The notes: generated from the letters alone by a model not told the origin. 64,000 nt of DNA from Octopus vulgaris (GCA_951406725.2 OX597835.1:32364001-32428000), one strand, 5' to 3'; shown: positions 1 through 13,729, numbered from the stretch's first letter. Numbers and translations: made by a program.

Positions 1-259
1 GTTTGTGGGCGTCTGTGTTGTGTAGGTGTGTGATTGTACATGCGCATGTATGCTTGTATGTATCAGAGTGTATATATATATATATATATATATATGAATC
101 GGTGTAGATGTTTGATTGTGTGTTTGTGTCCTTTTGTGCGTATGCGTCGGTGTTTGTTTATGAACCAGTTTCTGAAATTATGTATGTTTATCTATGTATG
201 TACTTGCGTACGTACGAATGTTTATATGTAAGTGTGTGACTGTGTCTCTGTTTCTTTTT

Positions 260-294
<35 letters not shown>

Positions 295-635
295 TTGTAT
301 CTAGGTGTATATATCTGTCTCGGTGTATATGTCTGATTGTTTATTCATATCTCGGTGTGTATATCTCCCAGTTTTTTTGTTGTTTTTTTTTTTATATATT
401 TGTGTAGTAGTGTCTTTAATTTTATCACTTTACAACGAATAGTTTAATAGATGTCAATGTAAGAGAAATGCTTCAGAAATAATTAAGAAATTCAATGAAA
501 AGATAATTAAGATGAAGATAAAAAGAGACAAAACACGGAGAGAAGAAATGATAGAAGATGGGAAAATAATAAACAAAAATATAGAATTAAAGACGACGAA
601 TGTCTATATATATATATATATATATACATACATAC

Positions 636-673
<38 letters not shown>

Positions 674-1550
674 GCGTACATACATTCATATATACATATA
701 TGCATACATATATACATATATATACATGCATAGATAATATAATGGAAGACTGTCGGGGTTCGATAATGATGTTAGTAACGCCGGAGGTGGGACGGGACCC
801 CAAAGGCGGATGCGCAGACGCGGCCACTATTGGGCACGCAACAGCAGATGTAGGGTTGGGGATCCTCTCTCTCGGGCCTGTTGCTTCAGCCTAACACCCT
901 TTTGGACAGCTGGACGCCAGGCGCCGCGGTCAGAAGTAATTGATTCCTAGGCACGGGCTGAAATGTCGCAGGCCTCAGATTAAGTTTTCAGGCTGTCCTT
1001 CTATCGCCTCAGTGACCTTCCAGGGTTTCTTGCTCCAGAAGCCAGCTCAGAGAAGAAGATCATCTTTGGTAGACGCGCGTCGTCTACCAAAGATGACCCA
1101 CCTGACATGTAGTCGGACTACATGTCCGACTACCATTTTCATGAGAAGTCTCAACTGGTTATTTTTGAAGGCCTCTTTAAACAGGCAGGTGTCTGTTTAC
1201 CTGGACTGAAACAATGCAATCATTAATAAGACATATAATTAATGCATGTAAAATTTCACACCTTAAGCATCACTCCTTCATAGTCAGCCTATGAACTTTT
1301 CAGCCGATCCTCGTATTTCAAGTCAATGATGGAATCTTTATGTGGTTCCCCACAATGCTAGAAAGAACAGCGAATTATCTCTCAAGTCATATCCTATTTT
1401 GGGTAAGGGATAAATAACTTAGATAATATCTTCACACAAGCCTGGGTGGCTAAAGCAGGAATACCATCGACTATAGTTCTGTCAGCTTCAGGTTTATATA
1501 TTCAGTGGACAGAATATCAACAACACTAAACAAACAAACGGATAATTTAC

Positions 1551-1742
1551 CTGGCTTTTCCATTGACCTGATCATATTTTCTAAGGCTTTCTCGAACTCT
1601 GCTATGCTTTCCTGTGATGTTTTCTCACGTAACTCATTCAATGCTTGAACGTGTTTCTCATCCAACGATATTTCTGTTTTCATCAGTTCAATTCTCTGGT
1701 TGGATTTTGTCCTTTTCAGTTCGATCATTCTGGACAGTTCAT
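1551..1742 (-). CDS. EVC2: EVC2-like coding exon 15
   Basis: ctgtccag|(D)ELSRMIELKRTKSNQRIELMK...ENMIRSMEKP|gtaaat, 192 nt, phase 1-1. Confidence 0.85.
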
Positions 1743-1754
1743 CTGGACAGGAGT

Positions 1755-1800
<46 letters not shown>

Positions 1801-2043
1801 AGAAAGAGAGAAAAAGAGAGATAGAGAAGAAATGGTCAAGACAGGCAGGCAGGAGTGAATGCCGCTGAATCGTTAACACGGCCAACAAAATACTTTGAAA
1901 CATTTCGTCCGTCTTTAGTTTCTGAGTTCAAATGGTGCCGAGGATAACATTGCATTTCAACTTTTCGAGGTCCATAAAATAAAGTACCGTTTCAACACTA
2001 GAACTTATGTAATTGACTTATACGTTCCCCCGAAACTGCTGGC

Positions 2044-2122
<79 letters not shown>

Positions 2123-2454
2123 ATGATTGCATGTGTGTGGGTCCTTGTGATTGTGTTTGTCTACCCACCATCGCTTGGCGAACGGTGTTGATGTGTTTAC
2201 GTCCCTGTAAATTAGCAGTTCGACAAAAGATACTGATATAATAAGTACCAAACTTTAAGAGGAAAATAAGTACTAGCGTCGATTCATTCGCCTATAAAAA
2301 TGCTCCAGCGCAGTGCCCCAGCTTAGCCGCAGTCTGATGACAGAAACAAGCAAAAAATAAAAGATATACATACATTCACACACAACACACCACACATCTG
2401 CATGTAGTTGAAGCAACATAGAATTAAGATAGTCATCTGTGTCTCTTAATTAAA

Positions 2455-3208
2455 TTATTGGTTTTACATTTTGATAACACCCACGCCAGCACTCAACTAG
2501 AACTAATTTTATCAACTCCGAAAGGATGAAGGGCAAAGTCGACCTTGGCGGCATTCGAATTTCAAACGTAAACAAGGACGAAATGCTGCTAAGCATTTTT
2601 CCCGGTGCGCTAACGGTTCTTATTTCTTTATTGGCCATAAGGGGTTAAACATAGAGGGGACAAGCAGGAACAGATAAAGGGATTAATTCGATTACATCAA
2701 CCCCAGTGTGTAACTGGTACTTAGTTTATCGACCCCGAATGGATGAAAGGCAAAGTCGACCTCGGCGGAATTTGAACTCAGAACGTAAAGACAGACGAAA
2801 TACCTATTTCTTTACTACCCACTAGGGGCTAAACACAGAGAGGACAAACAAGGACAGACAAACGGCTTAAGTCGATTACATTGACCCCAGTGTGTAACTG
2901 GTACTTAATTTATCGACCCCGAAACGATGAAAGGTAAAGTCGACCTCAGCGGAATTTGAACTCAGAACGTAACGACAGACGAAATACCTATTTCTTTACT
3001 ACCCACAAGGGGCTAAACACAGAGAGGACAAACAAAGACAGACAAACAGATTAAGTGGATTATATCGACCCCAGTGCGTAACTGGTACTTATTTAATCGA
3101 CCCCGAAAGGATGAAAGGCAAAGTCAACTTCGGCGGAATTTGAACTCTGAACGTAACGGCAGACGAAATACCGCCCAGCGTGCTAACGTTTCTGCCAGCT
3201 CGCCGCCC
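2455..3208 (-). mobile_element. Head-to-tail array of tRNA-derived SINE family B (GGCGGCGAGCTGG head), 184-bp repeat unit
   Basis: Three young units joined by GAAATA|GGTATTTC junctions (2797-2810, 2981-2994), abutting an older diverged copy. A box and GAGTTCAAATTCC B box are present. Confidence 0.85.
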
Positions 3209-3626
3209 TAGTCATTATTAAATAATTGATTGGCAATAACGTACAGAGGTTTTCGTCCAAAATAAAATCTTTTATAGATATGCTGTGTTATTATTCAATT
3301 GCCTTCAATACGACAGCGACATAGCAAGTAATAAATTCAACATTAACCCATTAGCGCCTATGGCCCTTTTTTAGGACCAGAACAATAATCCATCATATTT
3401 ATGCAAGACCCGTATTTTTTCTGAGATATCTTTAGTTAGTCATCAATACTGGAGTGTCTTTCAAATATTGTAATAAAATTTTTTATATATATTTAGTATC
3501 AGATAAAGTTGTATAAAAATAGATTTTTGTTAATAAATTAAGTAAAACAATTTGGGCACTAATGGGTTTTAAAAGAACAGACTAAAAAAAGAATAGACGG
3601 GAAATCGTGCTGAAACCTCAACTCAC

Positions 3627-3690
3627 CCAGGTCATTCTGTTGTTTAAACTTCGCCTCCAGATCAGCAATTTCTCTGTTATGTTTATTCTC
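3627..3690 (-). CDS. EVC2: EVC2-like coding exon 14
   Basis: atttacag|ENKHNREIADLEAKFKQQNDL(D)|gtgagt, 64 nt, phase 0-1. Confidence 0.85.
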
Positions 3691-3929
3691 CTGTAAATGG
3701 GTAAGAAAATATTATTGGGTAATGAAAATAAGAGCTTTTACCAAAGTAGTCAATAATATCACCAGGAATTCTTTAGAGCGTGGATCAAGCTTGGGTGTGT
3801 AGTTAAGAAACTGAACTTGCAGCCACGTGGTTCTGGGTTCATTTCTCTCGGCGTGGTAAAGTTTCTGCCAGCTCGCCGCCTTGCGATGTATATATATAGA
3901 CATATATGTGTATGTATATTATTGTTGTT

Positions 3930-4150
3930 GTCGTTACCTACTCCTTAGCTTATTGTTTTCAGTCGTGTTTGTTTGTTTGTTTGTTTGTGTTTGTTTATCC
4001 GTGGACAAGATATCTCAAGAACCGCTGGATGGATTCGGATGAAACTTTCAGGGATGTTTGGTCTCCTGACTGGCACAAACTGATTAGATGTTGGGACCGA
4101 TCCGGTACAGGACAAGGATTCTCGATTATTTTTCCGGTTTTTTTTTTCCT
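3930..4150. mobile_element. DINE/Helentron-associated (HINE)-like interspersed repeat fragment
   Basis: (GTTT)n plus a GGATGAAACTTT core; reverse-complement match to 13980-14065, which is followed by a hairpin at ~14065-14090. Confidence 0.45.
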
Positions 4151-5016
4151 TTTCTTCAATACTGAGTCTCTGGTGATGGTTATCTGGTTTTCATGGTGTA
4201 TAACTAAGTGAGATCACATTCTTCTGAATGGAACGCCGGTCCGATGCAGGGCTCAAAGGCAATGATTTTGAGGGAAGAGGGTGAGTCGATTACATCTAAA
4301 CCATTACTCGACTGGCACTTCACTTTATAAACTCCGAAAGGATGAAATGTAAAGTTGGTATTTTGATGGGATTTGAACTCAGAACAAAGAATCATGGGAA
4401 ATACAGCTAAACATTTTGTCCGCTGCGTTCCCGATTCTGCTAGCTCGACTCCCTGTATCCAGTATTTTACTGGTGTACTTTATTTTATCGAACCTTATCA
4501 CCTTTACTGTTCTTACTTAATTGCACCCTGTCACACGATATTTGTCCTTAGGTAATTTTCCATTTGTTTACCCTTAGAAAGTATGAAGAATGACTTATAT
4601 TTCCTTTAAATTTGCTTTTGTTACAATTATTCAAACCCCAAAGAATCCCTTTCAACACATGACTATGATGTTTCCCACTACTCCTGCTCATGGTCAGAGA
4701 TACACACACATATCGTCAACCACTAATGGACATGCTCAAGTGCTTAAGGTCAAACAAATCTGTGGTATTGAGCAGAATATTTGCTATAACGATATATCTG
4801 CTTCAGCAACTCAGTGGTGTCCAGGTAACAACTGCAAAGTGTGAAGGGAATAGCAGTCATTTCCTTTGATTTCTAAATAAAGGCAAATAGGAAATTAAAA
4901 TTACTGACCAAAGACAAAAAATACTAAAATTTAGTTATACAGTGTCATTGTACATAATAACATCTGTACACAACATATATTTTTTATCAAATAGAAAAGA
5001 AAACAACGAATATTAC

Positions 5017-5176
5017 CAAATCTTCCAGAATGCGTTTCTTCTCGAGTGACAGCTCCGCGTGTAATTCTTTCTCTTTTGCAAATCTCTTCTCCGAGAATTC
5101 GTCTTTAATTCTTCGTAATTCCTGATGCAACTCCGTACAAAATTGGTCGCTTTCGTCATCGGTAATTATCTTGTCT
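5017..5176 (-). CDS. EVC2: EVC2-like coding exon 13
   Basis: tcttgcag|DKIITDDESDQFCTELHQELRRIKDEF...KKRILEDL|gtaata, 160 nt, phase 2-0. Confidence 0.85.
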
Positions 5177-5630
5177 CTGCAAGATATGACACGATAATGT
5201 CGATAAAAATGATGATGACGATGATGACGATAATGATGATAATGATGATGATGATGATGATGATAATAAAAAAAGAAGAAGAAAAAGAAGATAGAAGAGG
5301 AGGAGGAGGAAAAATCTATATGCACGTATATATATATATATATATAACATATTAGAAAAAACCCACCTTTTATCAATTCAAAATGAATAATTAAATTACA
5401 CCATCTAGAAAATTACATATAACAGAAAATGTATATAATAGGTAGAAAAACAAAAATAATATAATGTAATTTAATGGTGTAATTTAATTATTCATTTTGA
5501 ATTGATAAAAGGTGTTTTTTTTTCTAATATTTTATATATCTATTATGTTGTGTGGAATTTGATTTAGTATTTCTAAATTGAATTCATTTTCCTTGTAAGT
5601 TTGGATTTTATTCCGTCAAATAATAATTAT

Positions 5631-5690
<60 letters not shown>

Positions 5691-5819
5691 CAAGCATACA
5701 TGTTTATATGTACATATACATTCTCAGCTATACACAGGAAACCATGCACGCTCATACACATATGCATACACACACATATACACACACGCACACAGACGCA
5801 TACACAGAACGCAAAGATA

Positions 5820-7023
5820 TAGTGGGTCATCTCACAAATGTAGCTTCTTCAGCTGCATTAACTAAATGTCGGAGGGTACGGGATAAACTACCTGCATCAA
5901 CTTGCTATAAAAGCAGGTAGTAATTTTGCCGTGTCCTTATTCTTAGTGCAAGTTTTAAAGAGTGCAATTCGATTTTAACAGTTAGGTTTTCAAAGCTATA
6001 ATAGAAGTGACAAAGGAGCATAGTCGGCATATTTTGCTTGATGAATTCAGGAAAGGCAACAATGCTACGGAAAATGCGAGAAATATTAGTGCAGTACATG
6101 GGGATCGGACAATAAGCGTAAGCCAGTGTCAACAGTGGTTCCAGAAATTCCGAGCAGGAAACTACACCGTAGAAGACGAGCCTTTTCGACCAGGACGTCC
6201 TGTAAACCCTGATGGAAAAAATTCCCATCGTAACTGTTGAAGAACTAGCAGAGTAGCTTGGATTTAGTCGTTTAACCATTCATCGACACCTGAGTGCCAT
6301 CGGAAATGACAGCAAATTGGATCAGTGGGTTCCTCACAAACTTTCCTAGTCTAAGCGCACGCAGAAAGTGATCTCATTTGCTGTCGATTCTCACGAATGA
6401 ACCTTTTTTGGACCGAATTGTGAAAGGTGACGAAAATGAGTTCTCTAAAAAAATGTCAAGCGCCGAAGACAGTGTGTAGGGAAAGGAGAAACACCAGCAC
6501 CCCGGGCTAAAGAAGATCTTCAACCACGAAATGAATTGTTATCTGTTTCATGGGATATGAAAGGTTTAGTCCACTTTGAATTTTTAAACCCAAACCAAAC
6601 GATAACAAAGGAAATCTACTGCGAGCAGCTTGAGCGGCTAAAGTCAGTATCCTTCCATCAGGATAATGCTCGGCCACATACTTTTGGAATATGACATTAC
6701 AAAAAGGCTGGAGCAGTTTGAATGGGAAACGATGCTCCACCCACAATATTCGCCGATCATTGCTCCATCTCATTATCATTATTCCGTAGTCTTCAAAATC
6801 ATTTGTATGGAAAAATATGAATTCTGTTGATGAAGTCAGAACAGTACTGGACAAATGAATTTTGGAAGATGGGCCCGACAACTCTACCAGATCGATGGAA
6901 GAGCACTGGAGAAAATGAAGGAGGGTATATTTTCAATTAAAAAACACAATTTGTTTATCTTAATTTTGAAAAATTAAAGAACCGAAAAATTAAAAGAACG
7001 CATTATTTATGGGATAACCCAAT
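5820..7023 (+). mobile_element. Degenerate full-length mariner (DD34D-type) transposon
   Basis: Imperfect TIRs (TAGTGGGTCATCTCACAAAT / ATTTATGGGATAACCCAATA). Broken transposase retains HTH QCQQWFQKFRAGN..GRP, WVPH, HQDNARPH and HPQYSP motifs, with multiple stops and frameshifts. Confidence 0.9.
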
Positions 7024-7123
7024 ACACACATACGTAGATACATATACACAAATTCTTATAACACACACACACAAACAGACACACACACACACACACACAC
7101 ATACACACACACATACATATATA

Positions 7124-7378
7124 TGTGGAGGCACGAGGCTTAGTGGTTAGAGTGTCAGCATCATGATCGTAAGATTGTGGATTCGATTCCTGGACCGGGC
7201 GACGAGTTGTGTTCGTGAGCAAAACACTTCATTTCACATTGCTCCAGTCCCCTCAGCTTGCAAAAATGAGTAACGCTGCGATGGACTGGCGTCCCATCCA
7301 GCTTGGGAACACATACGCCATGGAAACCGGGAAAACGGGCCTATGACCCTGGCTAGGCTTTAAAAGGGCGCATTTATT

Positions 7379-7385
<7 letters not shown>
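7124..7385 (+). mobile_element. tRNA-derived SINE family C
   Basis: GTGGAGGC(A/G)CG.GGCTTAGTGGTTAG head and GATTCGATTCC B box; close copies at 57618-57870 and 61059-61310. Confidence 0.85.
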
Positions 7386-7415
<30 letters not shown>

Positions 7416-7452
7416 TGCATGCATGTGTAAGTCAATCTGTGTCCATATATAT

Positions 7453-7616
7453 GCGCAGGAGTGGCTGTGTGGTAAGTAGCTTGCTAACCAACCACATGGT
7501 TCCGGGTTCAGTCCCACTGCGTGACACCTTGGGCAAGTGTCTTCTGCAATAGCCCCGGGCCGACCAATGCCTTGTGAGTGGATTTGGTAGACGGAAACTG
7601 AAAGAAGCCTGTCGTA

Positions 7617-7660
<44 letters not shown>

Positions 7661-7873
7661 CGTGTGTCTGTATTTGTCCCCCTAGCATTGCTTGACAACC
7701 GATGCTGGTGTGTTTACGTCCCCGTCACTTAGCGGTTCGGCAAAAGAGACCGATAGAATAAGTACTGGGCTTCCAAAGAATAAGTCCCGGGGTTGATTTG
7801 CTCGACTAAAGGCGGTGCTCCAGCATGGCCGCAGTCAAATGACTGAAACAAGTAAAAGAGTAAAGAGTAAAGA
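7453..7873 (+). mobile_element. tRNA-derived SINE family A with internal microsatellite
   Basis: GCGCAGGAGTGGCTGTGTGGTAAG head, GGTTCAGTCCC B box, central (TA)/(TG) tract, AGTAAAAG tail. Confidence 0.9.
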
Positions 7874-8093
7874 GTATGTATGTATATATGTGTGTTTGTC
7901 CCCGGGTGCATGTATTTTTACCGCATGTGCGTATGCGCACGTACGCAATCGTCTACCAATATGTGCACCTGCGGATGCACGTACGTGTATATGTGAAGTT
8001 TCAGAAAATTTCAACCATATATTAAGGAACAAAAAATGTAAAAGAACGAAGATCACAATCGAAGAATATAGTATTTTGGAAAAAAGTTCCTAC

Positions 8094-8173
8094 TGTTTCA
8101 GTTTTTGAAGTATTCCCTTTTGGTTGGCGACGGCTTTATTGAGTAAATATCTGTAATCAACTTCCTGGTTATT
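8094..8173 (-). CDS. EVC2: EVC2-like coding exon 12
   Basis: ctctgcag|NNQEVDYRYLLNKAVANQKGILQKLK(Q)|gtagga, 80 nt, phase 0-2. Confidence 0.8.
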
Positions 8174-8650
8174 CTGCAGAGAAATGAAAGATTTTGAAGA
8201 ATTATCAACGGATGAAGTTTTATCGAATTTAATAATTTTCTGAAAGTTTTCTAGAATACCCAGCGAGGGAAACTGGGAAAGACCAAAACAGTATAAATAA
8301 AAACTGAAGAAAAAGTATCCAAATTGTACATACGCTCGTCCACTTGTATTAACGCAACAGTCACATATTTATTCTGTTAAGAGATCCTGTATTATCTATC
8401 TATCAATCTATCTAGCTAGCTAACTCTATCCACCTACAGACACACACGCAGATATATACATGCGGTATATATATATATATATATATGGTATATATATATA
8501 TATATATATACCACATATATATGCGTGTATACATATATATATATATATATGTGAGTGTGTTTCTGTGTTCTACATACATGTATGTATACGTGTAGGGGTA
8601 ATTAGGAATAATACTGAGAAAAGTTTGAAAAGACGAGAAAATTTATTTAC

Positions 8651-8699
<49 letters not shown>

Positions 8700-8700
<1 letters not shown>

Positions 8701-9107
8701 TCTTTTACTTTTACTAGTTTCAGTCATTTGACTGCGGCCATGTTGGAACACCGTCTTTAGTCGAGAAAATCAACCCCGGGACTTATTCTTTGAAAGCCCA
8801 GTACTTATTCTATCGGTCTCTTTTGCCGAACCACTAAGTGACGGGGACCTAAACGCACCAGCATCGGTTGTCAAGCAATGCTAGGGGGACAAACACAGAC
8901 ACACAAACATATACACACACACACATATATATATACATATATATGACAGGCTTCTTTCAGTTTCCGTCTACCAAATCCATTCACAAGGCATTGGTCGGCC
9001 CGAGGCTATAGCAGAAGACCGTTGCCCAACATGCCACGCAGTGGGACTGAACCCGGAACCATGTGGTTGGTAAGCAAGCTACTTACCACACAGCCACTCC
9101 TGCGCCT
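8700..9107 (-). mobile_element. SINE family A
   Basis: Reverse-complement near-identity to 7453-7873. Confidence 0.9.
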
Positions 9108-9380
9108 ATGTATATATATATATATATATATATATACAGAGAGAGAGAGAGAGAGAGAGATCGCTAGCCACTACACATTCTTTATTTTCTTTCCTTGTTT
9201 CTTTCTGTGTTCCTTCAAAGATTGTCCCTTTAAAGACTTTTTCACTTCCCGAGCGTTAAACTAATACATCTGTTTGCTGGTAGGGACACTGTATTTCGTT
9301 GGGCAACTATAATATACTAACAAATATATAAGTCAGTATTGTACTTCACCTGTATTAACAGTGCTATAATTCGCTGCTTA

Positions 9381-9955
9381 TATTGGGTTGTCCGGAAAGT
9401 TCGTGCCGATTTATACTAGCTTACCTTTCGACTTATTTTACAACATGGTTGAATCCATAAAATAGGATTTGGCTACACTTCCATTTAGAGCACAGTTTAA
9501 GCTATCTTTTCGTGGAAGAAGGTTTATGTTCCTATAACCTGTGTTAATTTTGTAACCCTTTAAAATGAAAGATAAGAAAGCTCATTTTCGGCACTTGATG
9601 CTTTGGGAACCAGACAAAAATTGCTGCAGCTCGGCTGGGATGTATTACCCCACCCTCCACATTCACCAGATATTGCTCCTTCGGATTTCCACTTACTCAG
9701 CTCTCTGCAGAATAGTCGTAATGGTAAAAATTTCAATTCCTTGGATGACGTAAAAAGATACCTTGATGAATTCGTTGCCATGAAACCACCTCAATTCTGG
9801 GAAGAGGGTTGTTTTTTTTCAAGTTAAAGGAAAGATGGAGACGCATTGTGCAACAAAATGATTTATATTTGGTTGATTAAAAATGTAATAGCAAGTATTT
9901 ATCGACCTTTTTCTTTCCTTTAAAAATCGGCACAAACTTTCCGGACAACCCAATA
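9381..9955 (+). mobile_element. Internally deleted mariner element
   Basis: ~30-bp near-perfect TIRs TTGGGTTGTCCGGAAAGTT(C/T)GTGCCGATTT flanked by TA; N-terminal MKDKKAHFRHLML fused to C-terminal HPPHSPDIAPSDFHL. Confidence 0.9.
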
Positions 9956-10663
9956 GTTATCTCCAGAGATTTTCTATAGAAATTAGAGTTAGCACGGATT
10001 TCTTACAACGTCTTGTATACGAATCCGTATGTGTAAACAATGTGATCGACGATAGAGAAATAGGTAATGGTTATATATGCATGTTCCAGAAGACCTTGCT
10101 CCTTCTTTAGCACCACATCCAGCCCATTAACCATCGCTTGACAACCGATGTAGGTGTGTTTACGTCCCCGTAACTTAGCGGTTCGTCAAAAGAGAAAAAA
10201 TAAAATAAGTACTAGGAAGTGCTAGGATTACAAAGAATAAGTCGTGGGGTCGATTCGTTCGACCAAAAGTGGTGCTCCCGCATGGCCGCAGTCAAATGCC
10301 TGAAACAAAAAAAAGAATAAAATAAAGAACACACACACACACACACACACACATACATACGTACACTCACACAAATGGTTTGTTGCTTTCGTTCTGAATT
10401 TGCTATTTCCCATTTTATATCTTTAATTATTTGCTATAATTAAAGTTATTTATATTTATAACTATTTATTATATTTCTCTGTCGTCATAAAATATCTGAC
10501 TCGATATCATGGAAAGATAAGAAGTATTGGGTGACGTTTGGAGGCTTTTAACTGAAAAACAAAAGCCCGGAATTATATATAAAAATCTACGAAAACATTT
10601 ATTTGAAAGCAACATCTAGACTAGTTACAAACTATCCAATATATAAACTATGTAGGCAAGTAC

Positions 10664-10738
<75 letters not shown>

Positions 10739-11445
10739 CACATATATATATATATACATACACATATATATATATATATACATACACATATATATACATA
10801 TATATACATACACAAATATATACATAGACACACACACACATATATATATCAGTATACTTATGCATATGTATATATATATATATAAACATATACATATATA
10901 CGCACACATACATATAAATATATCAATATATAGATAGATAGATAGATAGATAGAAAAGATAGATAGATGGATATAGATATAGATATATAGATATCAATAT
11001 ATAAATATATATATATATATATTCATATACATATAAATTTATCAATATATATACACACACAGACATATTTTTTATGATTAACGAATATATTGATATTTGT
11101 TAGTTAAACCACCCACCCAATGCACCCCACCCACCGACTATGAACCAAGAGAAGTGCCGAGACGAAACCACAAGAAGTCAATGTAGAAGACACAAAGTTT
11201 AAGGAGACAACCAACACATACACCCGATGCGGTGTATCCAAAAAGATGAAGAAATAGATTCTGTCAATAATACGATTCGTTTAACATCGATTCAGCAGGG
11301 ATTGGAAACAGTGATCGATAATTAGTGTCGTAGACTGCTCCACAAGTGATTGGATATCGGTATTTTGGTGTTTATGTAATTGAGCGTCTGCGCGTGCTTT
11401 TGTGTTTGTGCCTGTCTATCTTCCCGTTTGTCTGTCTGTCTATCT

Positions 11446-11558
11446 GTATGTATGTATGCATGTATGTATGTATGTATGTATGTATGTATGTATGTATGTA
11501 TGTATGTATGTATGTATGTATGTATGCATGCATGCATGCATGCATGCATGCATGTATG

Positions 11559-11592
<34 letters not shown>

Positions 11593-11864
11593 TGTATGTA
11601 TGTATGTATGCATGCATGTATGTATGTATGTATGTATGTATGTATGTATGCATGTATGTATGTATGTATGTATGTATGTATGTATGCATGCATGCATGCA
11701 TGCATGCATGTATGTATGTATGTATGTATGTATGTATGTATGCATGCATGCATGCATGTATGTATATATGTGTGTGTATGTGTGTATGTATGTATGTATG
11801 TATGTATGTATGTATGTATGTATGTATGTGTGTGTATGTGTGAATGTATGTATGTATGTATGCA

Positions 11865-11895
<31 letters not shown>

Positions 11896-11936
11896 ATGCG
11901 TGTGTGTATGTATGTGTGTATGTATGTATGTATGTA

Positions 11937-11967
<31 letters not shown>

Positions 11968-12248
11968 ATGTATGTGTGTGTGTGTGTATGTGTGTGCGTG
12001 TGTGTGTGTGTATGTATGTATGTATGTATGTATGTATGTATGCATGCATGCATGCATGCATGTATGTATGTATGTGTGTGTGTATGTGTGTATGTATGTA
12101 TGTATGTATGTATGTATGCATGTATGTATGTATGTATGTGTGTGTGTATGTGTGTATGTATGTATGTATGTATGTGTGTGTGTATGTATGTATGTATGTA
12201 TGTATGTATGCATGCATGCATGTATGTATGTATGTATGTATGTATGTA

Positions 12249-12283
<35 letters not shown>

Positions 12284-13180
12284 ATGTATGTATGTATGTA
12301 TGTATGTATGTGTGTGTGTATATGTGTATGTATGTATGCATGTATGCATGTTTGTATGTATGTATGTATGCATGTATATCATCATTCAGTCTTATTTCAG
12401 GATTTCTGGCCAAAGAAGTAACATTCGGTTTCTAACCTAGATCCCAGGGACTTTCATTGGAATTTCAACATCAACAACAGGGTATTTTTGTATGTATGTA
12501 TGCATGTATGTATGTATGTATGTATGTATGTATGTATGTATGTATTTTTGTATGTATGTATGTAAGTATGTATGTGTGTATGTATGAATGTATATATATA
12601 TGTATGTATGTGTGTATGTATGTATGTATGTGTGTGCGTATGTATGTATGCATGTAGGTATGCATGTATATATGTATGCATGCAGGTATGTATGTATGTA
12701 TGTATGTATGTATGTATGCATGTATGTATGTATGTATGCATGCAGGTATGTATGCATGCATGTATGTACTTATGTATGTGTGTATGCATGCATGTATGCA
12801 TGCCATTATTCAGTTTATTTCAAGATTTATTGCCAATAGAGAAAGAACTGGTTTCTAACCTAGACTCACGGCTCCTTCATTGGAATTTCAGCATCAACAA
12901 CACGGTATTTTTTCTATGTATGTATGTATGTATGTATGTATGTATGTATGTATGTATGTATGTATTCTCATGCATATAGTTGCATATCTAGATATGCTCA
13001 TATATAATGTATATTTAAATGATTATGTATATATGTATGCATGTACGTACATATGCATGTATCTATGTTTGTATGTATGCATGTACGTATGTGCATATGT
13101 ATGTATGTATGTACGTATGTATGTATGTATGTATGTATGTATGCATGTACGCATGTACATATGTATTACGTACGTATGAA
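11446..13180. repeat. Long compound (TATG)n/(CATG)n/(TG)n microsatellite array
   Basis: Direct reading; interrupted by two ~110-bp non-repetitive inserts. Confidence 0.95.
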
Positions 13181-13729
13181 TGTATGTTTGTATGCGTGTG
13201 TTTGTATGATTTCGTTTCTGTGCTTGTGTTTATGTGCTTATGAGTGTAATTATATAAGTGTGAACTCAGCCGAAGAACTGCCGTTGAGCATTTCGTCCGA
13301 CGTGCTGCCGATTCTGCCAGCCACCTTTGTTTCAAATTTTGACACAAGGATAGCAGTTTTCGGAGGAAAGGGAACAGTCAATATAATCTAACCCCAATAT
13401 TTGATTTGTAATCTCTTTATCGACCCCGAAGAGATGAAATGCAAATTTGGCCTCGGCGGAATTTGAACTCAGAACGTAAACAGCTAGAAGAAATGCTGAT
13501 AAGATTTTTTGGCTTGATGCTCTAAGCATTCTGCTACCTCGTTGCGCTCGCTGTGGACAAGTACCTTGCGGTGTTTATTTACGTTACTTTAAGTTCTAGA
13601 TTCAAATGCTGCCTAATTCTCTTTCAGTTCAGTTCGAGTGAGTCCACCCCAACTTCTAGAATCAATTAGTCAGAACTCTGAATTTGAAAAAAGAAAAAGG
13701 TATCCTATAGCTAGGTTGAACTTAAACAT

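Noticed and set aside
2620-3208. Regularly spaced repeats resembling a CRISPR array
   Set aside because: The units are contiguous SINE bodies with no unique spacers, there are no cas genes, and the context is eukaryotic.
7124-7200. tRNA genes at SINE heads
   Set aside because: The A/B boxes are followed by SINE bodies and no complete cloverleaf is evident, so these are tRNA-derived SINE heads.
11322-13391. Long ORFs of 250-360 aa (HTYI/MYVC repeats)
   Set aside because: Translations of stop-free (TATG)n microsatellite. The same applies to the YIYI, poly-I/Y/L/N and SIYL ORFs throughout the window.
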